A DNA stretch of 64,000 bases from Parcubacteria group bacterium LiPW_41 (GTDB taxonomy: Bacteria; Patescibacteriota; Minisyncoccia; UBA6257; GWB1-50-10). Below the pieces are notes generated by a model, which was given only the letters and a program-made list of their open reading frames with translations, did no database searches and was not told the DNA's origin. Position numbers and translations under genes: made by a program. Positions 9,483 through 18,780 of the stretch are shown in pieces. Location: positions 7,469 through 71,468 of the forward strand of contig VMEM01000005.1 of the NCBI GenBank assembly GCA_007375535.1, read 5' to 3'. How positions within the stretch are numbered: the stretch's first letter is position 1; every line of letters starts with the position of its first letter.

Positions 9483-9943
9483 AAAAAGAAAAATTCTTTA
9501 TGTATGATCATAAAGGAAAACCAGCAAATTTTGTTTTCTCTCCAACTCCACAAATCATACTCTCAATACAACTTTCTCGTTTTATACCAAGATGTGGAAA
9601 CGTAATGGGTGCAGGGAAACTTCTCAAAAAGAGTCAGATTGAGAAAAAGTTTCGCGTAAATACTGTTGGAGGAAAAGATTTGGGCGTTTGTGTATTTAAG
9701 GGTTTTGGATTTGATGCAATTCCCAAAAATACATTTAAAAAAGCACTTCTTGAGTGTGGACATAACAACATTTCTGATTCTCAACTAGAAAATCCTTCGG
9801 AAGAACTTCAACGTGATTTTGAGAAAAGAGCAGAAAAATATCATGATTTACTTGGAGAAAAATTTCTTGTATTTGAAAAAACAGGAAGAGTTCCTTGTAC
9901 AATCATCATAAATTCAGAAGCGTGCGATGCAGTTCCAATTTAG
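9479..9943 (+). CDS. Family-A ORFan paralogue (basic, with insertion)
   Basis: GKLLKKS, GFGFDAIPK, LVFEKTG and CDAVPI match 17678; ATGA overlap with 9069. Confidence 0.8.
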   Translation: MKKEKFFMYDHKGKPANFVFSPTPQIILSIQLSRFIPRCGNVMGAGKLLKKSQIEKKFRVNTVGGKDLGVCVFKGFGFDAIPKNTFKKALLECGHNNISDSQLENPSEELQRDFEKRAEKYHDLLGEKFLVFEKTGRVPCTIIINSEACDAVPI

Positions 9944-9950
9944 TATTTAA

Positions 9951-9973
9951 ACCCCCAATCGGGGGTCTTTTTT
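9951..9973 (+). terminator. Intrinsic terminator
   Basis: ACCCCC-AATC-GGGGGT then T-run; same hairpin as at 8943. Confidence 0.7.
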
Positions 9974-10066
9974 ATCCCGCACTTTTTATTAAAAGGTGCG
10001 GGATTCGAAATTAAGATTTATTGTCCCAGTCTTTCTCAAACATAAAGCGTTGGCTATAATACTTCT

Positions 10067-11554
10067 GTGGAGCATAAAAAAATATTAATCATTGGCGCTG
10101 GTCCTGGTGGTTTGTCATCCGCAATGCAACTTGCACATAAAGGATTCCAAGTTGATGTATTCGAAAAACAACCATCTCCAGGTGGGAGAACCTCAGAAAT
10201 AAAAGTAGGTGACTTCAAATTTGATGTCGGACCTACTTTTTTTATGATGAAACACGTTATCGATCGTGTTTTTGGAAACGTGGGGAGAAAGCCCGAGGAC
10301 TATATTTCGTTTGTTCGTTTGTCGCCAATGTATCGTCTGATGTTGCCAGATAATAGAACCATTGATGCGTTTGAGGACAGGGAGCAAATGCGAGCACAGC
10401 TAGAAAAAACCTTTCCGGGCGATGGAAATGGAATTGATTTATTTTATGAACGAGAGACAAAACGGTATGCTCGTTTGATGCCGATTCTCGAACGGAATAA
10501 CAATTCAATGCGTGATATTTTTCGTTTAGAATTCTTTAAAGCAATTCCATACTTTGCTATAGGGAGATCACTTTTTGATGAAATGGGAAGATATTTTAAT
10601 GCAGAATTTGCTCGACTCTCTTTCACTTTCCAATCAAAATATCTTGGAATGTCCCCATGGAAATGTCCGGGTGCATTTGGTTTGGTTCCTTTTATAGAGC
10701 ATTCCGAGGGTGTGTTTCATGTCAAAGGAGGGTTAAATAAAATTTCAGAAGGAATGGCTCGAGCAGCCGAAGAAGACGGGGCTAGGTTTCACTACAACAC
10801 AAGTGTTAAAAAAATAATTGTTAAAGATGGTAAAGCAATAGGAATACAAACAGAGGAAGGAGAGGAATTCTTTGGGGATGAGGTGATTGTGAACGCAGAT
10901 TTTGGATATGCGATGGAACACCTGTTCGAATCAAGTGATCTAAAGAAATACACGCCAAAGAAATTGGAGAAGAAAGGAATTTCTTGTTCAATCTTTATGT
11001 TGTATGCAGGTATGAAAACAACATATCCGTTGGAGCATAATACAATCGTGTTTGCAAAAGACTACAAGAAAAATGTTGATGATGTATTTTCGGGAAACCT
11101 TTCGGGTGATAATATCTCGTTTTATATTCGAAATACTTCTGAGACAGATCCAGATGATGCACCAAAAGGAAAAAGTGCTCTATATATTTTAGTTCCCGTT
11201 CCAAATAAACGAGCAAATATCAATTGGAAAACAGAGGCACAGAATGTTCGTAATGCAGTCATTCATCAGATTGAGGAACGTCTTGGATTTAAAGATTTTT
11301 CTTCAATGATTGAAGTTGAACGTGTTATTACTCCAGATGAGTGGGAAGGTGAATATAACGTATATAGAGGTGCTGTCTTTAATCTCGCACACAATCTTGG
11401 GCAGATGTTGTGGTTTCGTCCACATAATAAATTTGAGGACGTAGATAATTGTTATCTTGTTGGTGGGGGAACGCACCCAGGAAGTGGTCTTCCAACCATT
11501 TTCCAATCTGGCGTCATCGCCGCTGATCTAATTTCCAAAAAATACAACAAATAA
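10067..11554 (+). CDS. crtI: Phytoene desaturase family (CrtI/CrtN)
   Basis: GAGPGG FAD motif, FDVGPTF, C-terminal GGGTHPGSGLPTI. Confidence 0.88.
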   Translation: MEHKKILIIGAGPGGLSSAMQLAHKGFQVDVFEKQPSPGGRTSEIKVGDFKFDVGPTFFMMKHVIDRVFGNVGRKPEDYISFVRLSPMYRLMLPDNRTIDAFEDREQMRAQLEKTFPGDGNGIDLFYERETKRYARLMPILERNNNSMRDIFRLEFFKAIPYFAIGRSLFDEMGRYFNAEFARLSFTFQSKYLGMSPWKCPGAFGLVPFIEHSEGVFHVKGGLNKISEGMARAAEEDGARFHYNTSVKKIIVKDGKAIGIQTEEGEEFFGDEVIVNADFGYAMEHLFESSDLKKYTPKKLEKKGISCSIFMLYAGMKTTYPLEHNTIVFAKDYKKNVDDVFSGNLSGDNISFYIRNTSETDPDDAPKGKSALYILVPVPNKRANINWKTEAQNVRNAVIHQIEERLGFKDFSSMIEVERVITPDEWEGEYNVYRGAVFNLAHNLGQMLWFRPHNKFEDVDNCYLVGGGTHPGSGLPTIFQSGVIAADLISKKYNK

Positions 11555-11573
11555 AAAATCCCCCAAAAGGGGA

Positions 11574-11963
11574 TTAAAATAGTGGCTCAACGTCGAGATT
11601 TTTATTTGCCTCGACAGCAAGAATTTCTCCGGTTTCTACAATCTTAAAAAATGCAAAGCACGTCAAATAAAGGAGGTTGGTTTCGTCACCTTGAAATTCT
11701 TTTTTCATTTCTTCATCTCCAACTACATCAATACCGAAGCCCAGGAGTTCACAATCGCCAATTTCATATGGGTCGAATATTGAAACTTTAAACCTCTTTC
11801 CAATATTTTGATTGGTGAGTAGGTCTCGATTTTTTCCTGACGAACATCCATCAACGTGGGGAAACTGTGAGAGTGGGGTGGTGAGCATTGCATTGAAAAC
11901 GTCACCTTTTGTCATGGAAATTCCAGAGTTGGAGTAAAAATATAATCGTTTCTTTTCAGACAC
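11574..11963 (-). CDS. Family-A ORFan paralogue (acidic)
   Basis: LTTPLSQFPHVDGCSS, GKRFKVSIFDP, DVEPLF; AGGAGG SD. Confidence 0.8.
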   Translation of the reverse strand: MSEKKRLYFYSNSGISMTKGDVFNAMLTTPLSQFPHVDGCSSGKNRDLLTNQNIGKRFKVSIFDPYEIGDCELLGFGIDVVGDEEMKKEFQGDETNLLYLTCFAFFKIVETGEILAVEANKNLDVEPLF

Positions 11964-12167
11964 TTTGTCCTCCTTTTATTTTTAATGATTATGTATATTA
12001 TGCTCAATATTCATAAAAAAGTCAATTAAATGCCTATTTCGATACTGAACCCCTGTTTTAATCTTCACCCTCCTAATGCGTGGATTTTACCTTTAACGCA
12101 AGGTGGTTGTCATGTAAATGGTTTTGCGATATAAAAAACATATCATTAACAAACCAAGAGGCTGACT

Positions 12168-12605
12168 ATGCCCACATTTGATAGAAATTTATTATGTGCT
12201 GGTTCAGTACGTTTTCAGATGTCCCCAAGTTTTATTGAACATATATTCTGGAGCGCACCAATGTTTGTTGAGTATTATGATGGAGAGATCGGCACTCGTC
12301 GACTTACGAGCGTAATGACCAATGGAGATGTCTTATCTGAAATCGGACCGCAAAATGTTTTTGATGTATCTGATGTTTTAAAAATAATTTTTTCTATTTC
12401 ACAATTTTCTCCCGAAGATGTTGCCGAAAATGGAAGTTTTATACAGAAAAATTCTTGTTATCTCATTTTTGCGCAAGATAATAAGCGTCGAAAAATGTTC
12501 ATCATAACCATAGAACGAGACGAGCAAAATGTCTGGAATCTTGGATATGAGGATGAGGCACATCTTGCCTGGAATGAAGGCGTTCGCATAATTACGAAAT
12601 ATTAA
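12168..12605 (+). CDS. Hypothetical protein
   Basis: GAGG SD, terminator 12607-12636. Confidence 0.65.
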   Translation: MPTFDRNLLCAGSVRFQMSPSFIEHIFWSAPMFVEYYDGEIGTRRLTSVMTNGDVLSEIGPQNVFDVSDVLKIIFSISQFSPEDVAENGSFIQKNSCYLIFAQDNKRRKMFIITIERDEQNVWNLGYEDEAHLAWNEGVRIITKY

Positions 12606-12659
12606 TCCCGCAATTCTATAATTCAGCGGGATTTTTTATCCCCATTTTTTTCTCCTATC

Positions 12660-12753
12660 TGTCATTCCCGCGAAGGTGGGAATCCAGTATTTCTTGTTGT
12701 GATTTTGGTATTTTGAATTTGCAGTGCCGTTCCATAGCTTTAGCGAAGGATGG
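12660..12753. repeat. Two REP-like palindromic units
   Basis: GTCATTCCCGCGAAGGTGGGAATCCAG (ATTCCC-N8-GGGAAT type) and CCGTTCCATAGCTTTAGCGAAGGATGG. Confidence 0.55.
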
Positions 12754-12837
12754 TTTAGAGTTTAGTAATTAGGATTTAGAGTTTTAATTTTGAACTTTGC
12801 ATTTTGCCCTTTGCACTAATTGTCGTATTATTACCTT

Positions 12838-13758
12838 ATGAAGCACACATTGATTTTTGTTCTCGTGTTAATCATTCTCACACTGTTAGTTCTTGGTGCG
12901 GGGATAATAAAGTTTAATACAACAAATAGCGATATATACAACCAAAACGGAACACAAATAAACGTCCATGACGGAACGTATCAAATTAATGGACAATCAA
13001 TAACACTTAAAAATGGAATTTCAGAGGTCGAGGTAGCACCTGGGTCTGCATCAAAAATAATTACTCGATATTTTGGAAATGACGTCGAGGCTGATCTTAA
13101 TAACGATGGAGTTAAGGATCGTGTGTTCCTTATTACTCAAGAGACGGGAGGAAGTGGAACCTTCTTCTATGTGGTTGCTCGCGTAAATATTCCAAGTGGA
13201 AGCGTTGGCTCAGATGCGGTGTTTTTGGGAGATCGCATTGCCCCACAATCAACAAATATGGGAAAGGGGAATGTTGTAGTAGTAAATTATGCTGAGAGAA
13301 AACAAGGCGAGGCATTTACCGTGCAACCATCCGAAGGAAAAAGTAAGTGGCTGTTGTTGGATCCAAAAACAATGCAATTTGGTGAGGTTGCTCAAAATTT
13401 TGAGGGAGAGGCAAATCCAGCAATGATGACACTTGATATGAAACCATGGAGATGGGTAAAAACAACATATAACAATGATACTGAAATGAAACCAAAAATA
13501 GACAGATTTGTTCTCGCATTTAAAAATGACAAAACCTTTTCTGCTTCAACGGACTGTAATGGTGTGGGTGGTGAATACACAGTGACAGGAAATAAAATTT
13601 CATTTACTAGAATGTTTTCTACTCAAATGTATTGTGAGGGATCGCAAGAAAGTGAGTTCGCAAAAATGTTGGAAGAGACACAAAGCTTTCTCTTTACCTC
13701 AAAAGGTGAGCTCATTCTTGAATTAAAATTCGACTCCGGCTCTGTCATTTTTAATTAA
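12838..13758 (+). CDS. Membrane-anchored META (HslJ-like) domain protein
   Basis: TDCN...STQMYC META signature; GGSGTF-containing N-domain; N-terminal TM. Confidence 0.85.
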   Translation: MKHTLIFVLVLIILTLLVLGAGIIKFNTTNSDIYNQNGTQINVHDGTYQINGQSITLKNGISEVEVAPGSASKIITRYFGNDVEADLNNDGVKDRVFLITQETGGSGTFFYVVARVNIPSGSVGSDAVFLGDRIAPQSTNMGKGNVVVVNYAERKQGEAFTVQPSEGKSKWLLLDPKTMQFGEVAQNFEGEANPAMMTLDMKPWRWVKTTYNNDTEMKPKIDRFVLAFKNDKTFSASTDCNGVGGEYTVTGNKISFTRMFSTQMYCEGSQESEFAKMLEETQSFLFTSKGELILELKFDSGSVIFN

Positions 13759-14163
13759 ATGTTGTATCTAAAAAACAGTAATATAATTTGGAAGCATATA
13801 GTTGTGATTCCAATTCTCACTCTCTTATCAATACCACTAATTATTTTAGATGTTTGTGTTGAACTATATCATCGAATCTGTTTTCCATTGTGCAAACTTC
13901 CTTATATTAAAAGAAGTGCGCACATAAAAATTATCGATAGGGGAAAACTACAATATCTTTCATTTTGGCAAAAGCTTTACTGTATGTATTGCGGATATGG
14001 AAATGGAGTGATTCGATATTGGAAGGAGATTGCTTCTGTAACCGAAGGATATTGGTGTGGAATTAAACACAAAAAATCTGAAGGATTTATTGATCAAGAT
14101 CACCAAAAAGATTTTGCAGAATATGGAAATCAAAATGATTTTGTCCAAAAATATAAAAAGTAA
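13759..14163 (+). CDS. Conserved hypothetical Cys-rich membrane protein
   Basis: CxYCxYxNG...YWCGIKH motif. Confidence 0.7.
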   Translation: MLYLKNSNIIWKHIVVIPILTLLSIPLIILDVCVELYHRICFPLCKLPYIKRSAHIKIIDRGKLQYLSFWQKLYCMYCGYGNGVIRYWKEIASVTEGYWCGIKHKKSEGFIDQDHQKDFAEYGNQNDFVQKYKK

Positions 14164-14344
14164 GTTTAAATACCATAAAAATCCTCCGTCTCCGGAGGAT
14201 TTTTATTTCGTTGATTAATTGTTTATTGATTGAAAATTTTTCTCCCTCTCCTCATTCAAAATTCGAAATTCGTCATTCGAAATTATTCTCAATTCTCTCT
14301 TCTCTCATTTAAAACTTGAAATTTAGAATTTAAAATTATTCCTA

Positions 14345-14659
14345 CTATGCCTGCACTATTTTATGTATCTCCGGAACTTCTTTTGCCTTTCTGTTATCAA
14401 ATTTAATAGTCAGAAACGTTCCAACAAATGCACCGATCGCCGCAGGTAATAGATACCAGTTGTTTCCAATATATTCAATTGCCACAAGTCCTCCAGCAAT
14501 AATGATGACTGCAGATAGGGTAGAAGCAGACAAGGTTTTTCCATGAGTTACTCTACGTATATAAATTGCCCATAATGTATCGGAAAATGCCGTAACCAAA
14601 AATACCACCAATGCCTTTGCTGGGCTCACTTCCCAAAACATCGCAATAATCTGTTCCAT
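14345..14659 (-). CDS. Small multi-TM protein
   Basis: Hydrophobic; TTGACT-17-CATAAT then ATG (alternative start 14665). Confidence 0.65.
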   Translation of the reverse strand: MEQIIAMFWEVSPAKALVVFLVTAFSDTLWAIYIRRVTHGKTLSASTLSAVIIIAGGLVAIEYIGNNWYLLPAAIGAFVGTFLTIKFDNRKAKEVPEIHKIVQA

Positions 14660-14717
14660 GCCCATATTATGCTTTATAAACACAAAAAAGTCAATTAAAT
14701 CCTCGCTTTTTCAAATC

Positions 14718-14779
14718 TTGCACTTTCTCTATTCTCATGGTATAATATTTTCATATTTAACAATGATAAATAGGAGGCC
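14718..14779 (+). promoter_or_regulatory. sigma70 promoter + leader + SD module shared with 15186 and 18119
   Basis: TTGCAC-17-TATAAT with TG extension; 14735-14779 is 44/45 identical to 18136-18180. Confidence 0.8.
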
Positions 14780-14782
14780 AGA

Positions 14783-15148
14783 GTGGCTGAAAGAAAGTTG
14801 TATTTTTATGATTCAAATGGTAATGAGACGAATTCAATTGTTTTTGAAGCAGTCCTTACCACCCCACTTTCACAGTTTTCTCATATCGATGGATGTTCTT
14901 CTTATAAAAATCTAGAACTACTTATTCCTCAGAATGTTGGGAAAAAGTTTAAACTTTCGATTCTCGATCCATTCGAAGTCGGCGAAGTTACATATCTCGG
15001 CGATGGCTTGGATGCTATACCAGATGAATCAATCCGTAGTGTATTGTCCAATATTAGAGAGGGCTACATTGATGATTGGTTTTATGTATTCCAACTTAAC
15101 GATGAATTAGTTATTTCTGCCAGCTTCGATGTCGAACCTCTCTTTTAA
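14783..15148 (+). CDS. Family-A ORFan paralogue (acidic)
   Basis: AVLTTPLSQFSHIDGCSS, GKKFKLSILDP, DAIPD, DVEPLF; terminator 15155-15178. Confidence 0.82.
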   Translation: MAERKLYFYDSNGNETNSIVFEAVLTTPLSQFSHIDGCSSYKNLELLIPQNVGKKFKLSILDPFEVGEVTYLGDGLDAIPDESIRSVLSNIREGYIDDWFYVFQLNDELVISASFDVEPLF

Positions 15149-15247
15149 TCTTTGCCCCCACATAAGTGGGGGATTTTTATTACTATTGCAATTTCTCTCT
15201 ATGCGTGGTACAATATTTTCACATTTAACAACAAATAGGAGGCCTAA

Positions 15248-15634
15248 ATGGCTGAAGAAAAAAAGATCTACATATATGACGCAAGAAATACTTTGTATTC
15301 TCATAAAAGTACTTGTGCGTGTCCTGCGGCAGTTCTAACTGTTGCAATTGAATCATTCGATAGGACACCGGGTTGTTCAAGTCGTATTGGGCGAGAATTT
15401 TTAACCGAAGAAAATGTTGGGAAAAATTTTGACATTTCAATTCTTGACCCAGTTCTTGTTGGTGCAGTTGAGTTTGTTGGAATAGGTCAAAAGTACATTC
15501 CTGCATCCATTTATAATAATGTTATAAATTCTTTCCCTAAATTCTTTGACTATGGTGATTTTGCCGTATTCAAGCAGGGTGATGAATACATCATTGTTGA
15601 TACTGATTATCTTGATGTAAAACCTCTGTTTTAA
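15248..15634 (+). CDS. Family-A ORFan paralogue (acidic)
   Basis: RTPGCSS, NVGKNFDISILDP, DVKPLF; own promoter and terminator 15641-15664. Confidence 0.82.
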   Translation: MAEEKKIYIYDARNTLYSHKSTCACPAAVLTVAIESFDRTPGCSSRIGREFLTEENVGKNFDISILDPVLVGAVEFVGIGQKYIPASIYNNVINSFPKFFDYGDFAVFKQGDEYIIVDTDYLDVKPLF

Positions 15635-15701
15635 TTATTACCCCCGCTCTGCGGGGCTTTTTTATCCTCTGTATTTGTTTAAAATTTCTCTCCATCTCCT
15701 C

Positions 15702-15732
15702 ATTCAAAATTCGAAATTCGTCATTCGAAATT
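15702..15732 (+). repeat. Heptamer family 3 (ATTCAAA ATTCGAA ATTCGTC ATTCGAA)
   Basis: Copies near 1972, 14254, 15702, 21827, 25536. Confidence 0.7.
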
Positions 15733-15782
15733 ATTCTCAATTCTCCCTTTATACTTTCTACGTTCTACTCTATACTATCCCT

Positions 15783-16754
15783 ATGTTAATCGACGACGTC
15801 ATAATCTCAGTACATGCAGGAAATGGCGGAAAAGGTTGTGTAGCATTCAATAAAAATGTGGGTAGTTTGGGTCCCGTCGGAGGAAGTGGCGGCCGAGGTG
15901 GTAACGTCTATTTTGAAGGAATTGCCGATTTAAATGCACTCCAACAGTTTAGAAATCAAAAGGTATTTAAAGCACAAAATGGTGAAGACGGAAAACCTCA
16001 ATTCAATGATGGTCATACCGGAGAAGATCTAACTATCAAAGTTCCCGTAGGGACAATTATTCATAATTCAGATATTGGTATGGATATGGAGATTTTAAAA
16101 ATTGGAGATCGCGTTGCGGTTGCAACAGGAGGAAAGGGAGGAAAAGGAAATTTTCATTTTCGTTCTTCGACAAATACGACGCCGACATATGCGCAAGCAG
16201 GACTTCCGGGGCAGTCATACAAACTTCGTTTGGAATTAAAGATGATTGCAGATGTTGGATTTATTGGTCTTCCAAATGCGGGCAAATCAAGTTTGTTAAA
16301 TGAACTAACAAAAGCTTCGGCAAAAGTTGCAAACTATCCATTCACCACTCTCGAACCAAACCTTGGTGTGTTTTTCGATCTTATTCTTGCAGACATTCCT
16401 GGACTCATTGAGGGCGCCTCAAGTGGAAAGGGGCTTGGTGCAAAGTTTTTGCGTCATGTAGAACGAACAAATACATTGTTTCATTTAATTTCTGCAGAAT
16501 CAGATGACGTAGTACGTGATTATGAAGTTATTCGTAATGAACTTGTTTCACACAACCCAGAACTTGCAGATAAAAAAGAGTATGTCTTTTTGAGTAAGTG
16601 TGATGTGGAGGATGACAAAGAAACAAAAAAGAAACTCACTGCATTAAAGAAAAGGAAGATTGTGGCTCAACCACTTTCAATTCTCGTTCCTGAAACCCTT
16701 GAAGTAGTAAAGAAAATTTTGGTTGAGATTCAAGATCAAAAACACAAAAAATAG
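15783..16754 (+). CDS. obgE: Obg GTPase (no C-terminal extension)
   Basis: Gly-rich Obg domain, GLPNAGKS, YPFTTL, DIPG. Confidence 0.93.
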   Translation: MLIDDVIISVHAGNGGKGCVAFNKNVGSLGPVGGSGGRGGNVYFEGIADLNALQQFRNQKVFKAQNGEDGKPQFNDGHTGEDLTIKVPVGTIIHNSDIGMDMEILKIGDRVAVATGGKGGKGNFHFRSSTNTTPTYAQAGLPGQSYKLRLELKMIADVGFIGLPNAGKSSLLNELTKASAKVANYPFTTLEPNLGVFFDLILADIPGLIEGASSGKGLGAKFLRHVERTNTLFHLISAESDDVVRDYEVIRNELVSHNPELADKKEYVFLSKCDVEDDKETKKKLTALKKRKIVAQPLSILVPETLEVVKKILVEIQDQKHKK

Positions 16755-16814
16755 TAGATGGTATAAGGTAGTAAGTATTACGTATAACTCACAAAAAATT
16801 GTTATAATAAATAC

Positions 16815-17456
16815 ATGAAGCTAAAACCATTTTTAACGTTTTTAGTCATAACGTTGTGTTTTGTTGTATTTTTACCAAACACATTTGCCTCAGGTGACTA
16901 CAAATTAAAGGTCTCAAAAGGTTGGAATCTTTTGACTTCGTTTGATACATTCGAGTTAGAAAGAGACGCAAAATACATTTTTCACTATTTTCCGTTATTA
17001 AATAAGTACGTACCAGGAAAACCAGATTTATCAGAAGGAGAGAAAAAGAAATTACTTGATGAATATCAAAGTAAGGGGGTGTCACTCGCTGATTTGCAAA
17101 ATTCATATTTACAAATTACAACATCCCGTTGGTATTATTTCACTGAGAATAAGGAATACAATATAAATATTTCTTCAGAATCTCCAAATCAGTGGAAGCT
17201 CTTTCAAGGTTGGAACTTCAAGTCAGTAACTGAATCAATGGTGGGAAAATCAATGTACGATTTTAAGGGGGATTGTAATATAACAAAATATTATGGGTTT
17301 GATGCAACGAATCAAAAATGGATTCCAATTGAAGGTCTTGATCGAAAATTCAAAAAGGATGAGCAAGGTGTTGGTTTTTTACTTAAGGTAGAAAAAAACT
17401 GTAAGCTCGGAGAATTCGTCGAAGTATCTCCAGAAGTTCCTGCATTACCAAATTAA
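16815..17456 (+). CDS. Secreted protein with two GWN motifs
   Basis: Signal peptide, KGWNLL and QGWNFK, ends VPALPN. Confidence 0.7.
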   Translation: MKLKPFLTFLVITLCFVVFLPNTFASGDYKLKVSKGWNLLTSFDTFELERDAKYIFHYFPLLNKYVPGKPDLSEGEKKKLLDEYQSKGVSLADLQNSYLQITTSRWYYFTENKEYNINISSESPNQWKLFQGWNFKSVTESMVGKSMYDFKGDCNITKYYGFDATNQKWIPIEGLDRKFKKDEQGVGFLLKVEKNCKLGEFVEVSPEVPALPN

Positions 17457-17469
17457 CTTTTAACACAAT

Positions 17470-17649
17470 ATGTCTAAAACAAAAATTATCATATCTATTC
17501 TCGTAATTATTGTGGTATTAATAGCAATATATGCACTTCTTTCGTCACCATTACCAAAGGGTGTTGATAGTATTCTTCCATCTCCAACACAAGAAACGGT
17601 GGAAGTAAACGGAGAAACTATTCCGACTCCACCAGCATTACCAAATTAA
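17470..17649 (+). CDS. 59-aa TM protein with Pro-rich tail (not in ORF track)
   Basis: MSKTKIIISILVIIVVLIAIYALL...PTPPALPN; fills the gap up to the terminator. Confidence 0.65.
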   Translation: MSKTKIIISILVIIVVLIAIYALLSSPLPKGVDSILPSPTQETVEVNGETIPTPPALPN

Positions 17650-17674
17650 AAAAATCCCCGCACAAGCGGGGATT
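17648..17674. terminator. Intrinsic terminator between convergent genes
   Basis: AATCCCCGC-ACAA-GCGGGGATT; near-identical hairpins at 7878, 20027, 27377. Confidence 0.7.
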
Positions 17675-17677
17675 AAG

Positions 17678-18064
17678 TTATTTTTTCTTTGGTGCAATAG
17701 GAGTTACATCACAATCTTCTGGGTCAACGACAAATATACATGCGTTTTTTCCTGTTTTTTTGAAAACCAGGTCCTTGTTTTCAATTAAGTACTTCTTTTG
17801 AAGTGAATCCTTGAACTTTGATTTTGGGACAGCATCGGGTCCAAAGCCGATAAATGTGCAGATACCCATCACAACTGGATCAAGAATTTCTACTTTGAAT
17901 TTTTTTCCTTTACTACTCTTTTTTAATAGCTTTCCTGTTCCTATGGTACACCCATAAGTTCTTTTGAATCTTTGAATGGGAATACTAATTGCCGCCTTTG
18001 TAAGACCTGGGGGATGGAAAACTCGTTCGTTTGTCGTGTTGTAAAAGAAACAATATACCACCAC
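17678..18064 (-). CDS. Family-A ORFan paralogue (basic)
   Basis: FKRTYGC, GKKFKVEILDP, GFGPDAVPKS, CDVTPI; AGGAGG SD. Confidence 0.82.
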   Translation of the reverse strand: MVVYCFFYNTTNERVFHPPGLTKAAISIPIQRFKRTYGCTIGTGKLLKKSSKGKKFKVEILDPVVMGICTFIGFGPDAVPKSKFKDSLQKKYLIENKDLVFKKTGKNACIFVVDPEDCDVTPIAPKKK

Positions 18065-18095
18065 TGCCTCCTAGTTTGTTGTAAAAGATATCCAT

Positions 18096-18147
18096 AGAAT
18101 ATCACTGATTTTGACATATTGCAATACTTTTGTAATCATGGTATAAT
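18096..18147. promoter_or_regulatory. Back-to-back promoters sharing one palindromic -35 (TTGCAA)
   Basis: TTGCAA 18119-18124; TATAAT 17 nt right (+) and TATTCT 17 nt left (-), both TG-extended. Confidence 0.7.
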
Positions 18148-18183
18148 ATTTCCATATTTAACAATGATAAATAGGAGGCCGTA

Positions 18184-18579
18184 ATGCCAAGAAAAAGACT
18201 TTACTTATACAATGCCTATAACAAAGAGTGGTTTATAGGTACTGGTGTGCGCTCGGGGGCACTTCTAACTTTTCCAATTGGTTCGTTGTATCGAACACAA
18301 GGGTGTGTTTACACTGACTCTAAGACTAAAAATCTTTTAGTCGAGGAAAATATCGGAAAGAAATTCAATATAGAATTTCTTGATCCTGTACGCGCAGAAA
18401 GTGTTAAATTTTGCGGAAGAGTATCATTAAGATTAAATTCATGTCTTCCAAAATATATGTATGCGCACATGCAAGAGAATAAGTTTTTTTACTTTTTTAA
18501 TTCATTCTTTGTTTTCAAAAAAGGAAGAGAATATATTGTGGTAAATACCAGACACATAGAGGCAAAGTTGGCGCATTAA
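18184..18579 (+). CDS. Family-A ORFan paralogue
   Basis: RTQGC, EENIGKKFNIEFLDP, FVFKKGREYIVV; terminator 18596-18620. Confidence 0.8.
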   Translation: MPRKRLYLYNAYNKEWFIGTGVRSGALLTFPIGSLYRTQGCVYTDSKTKNLLVEENIGKKFNIEFLDPVRAESVKFCGRVSLRLNSCLPKYMYAHMQENKFFYFFNSFFVFKKGREYIVVNTRHIEAKLAH

Positions 18580-18780
18580 ATTTATTAAGACAACTTCCCC
18601 GTACGTACGGGGATTTTTTTATCTTTTATATACATTTTAGATTTTCTTTATTTATTTAAAAATTAAGAATTACAAAATTAAAAATTGTCTTTTTCTTTCA
18701 TTTGAAACTTGAAATTTGTAAATCGAAATTGATTTCATCCAATACTTTATACTTTCTACGTTCTACTCTATACTATTTTT

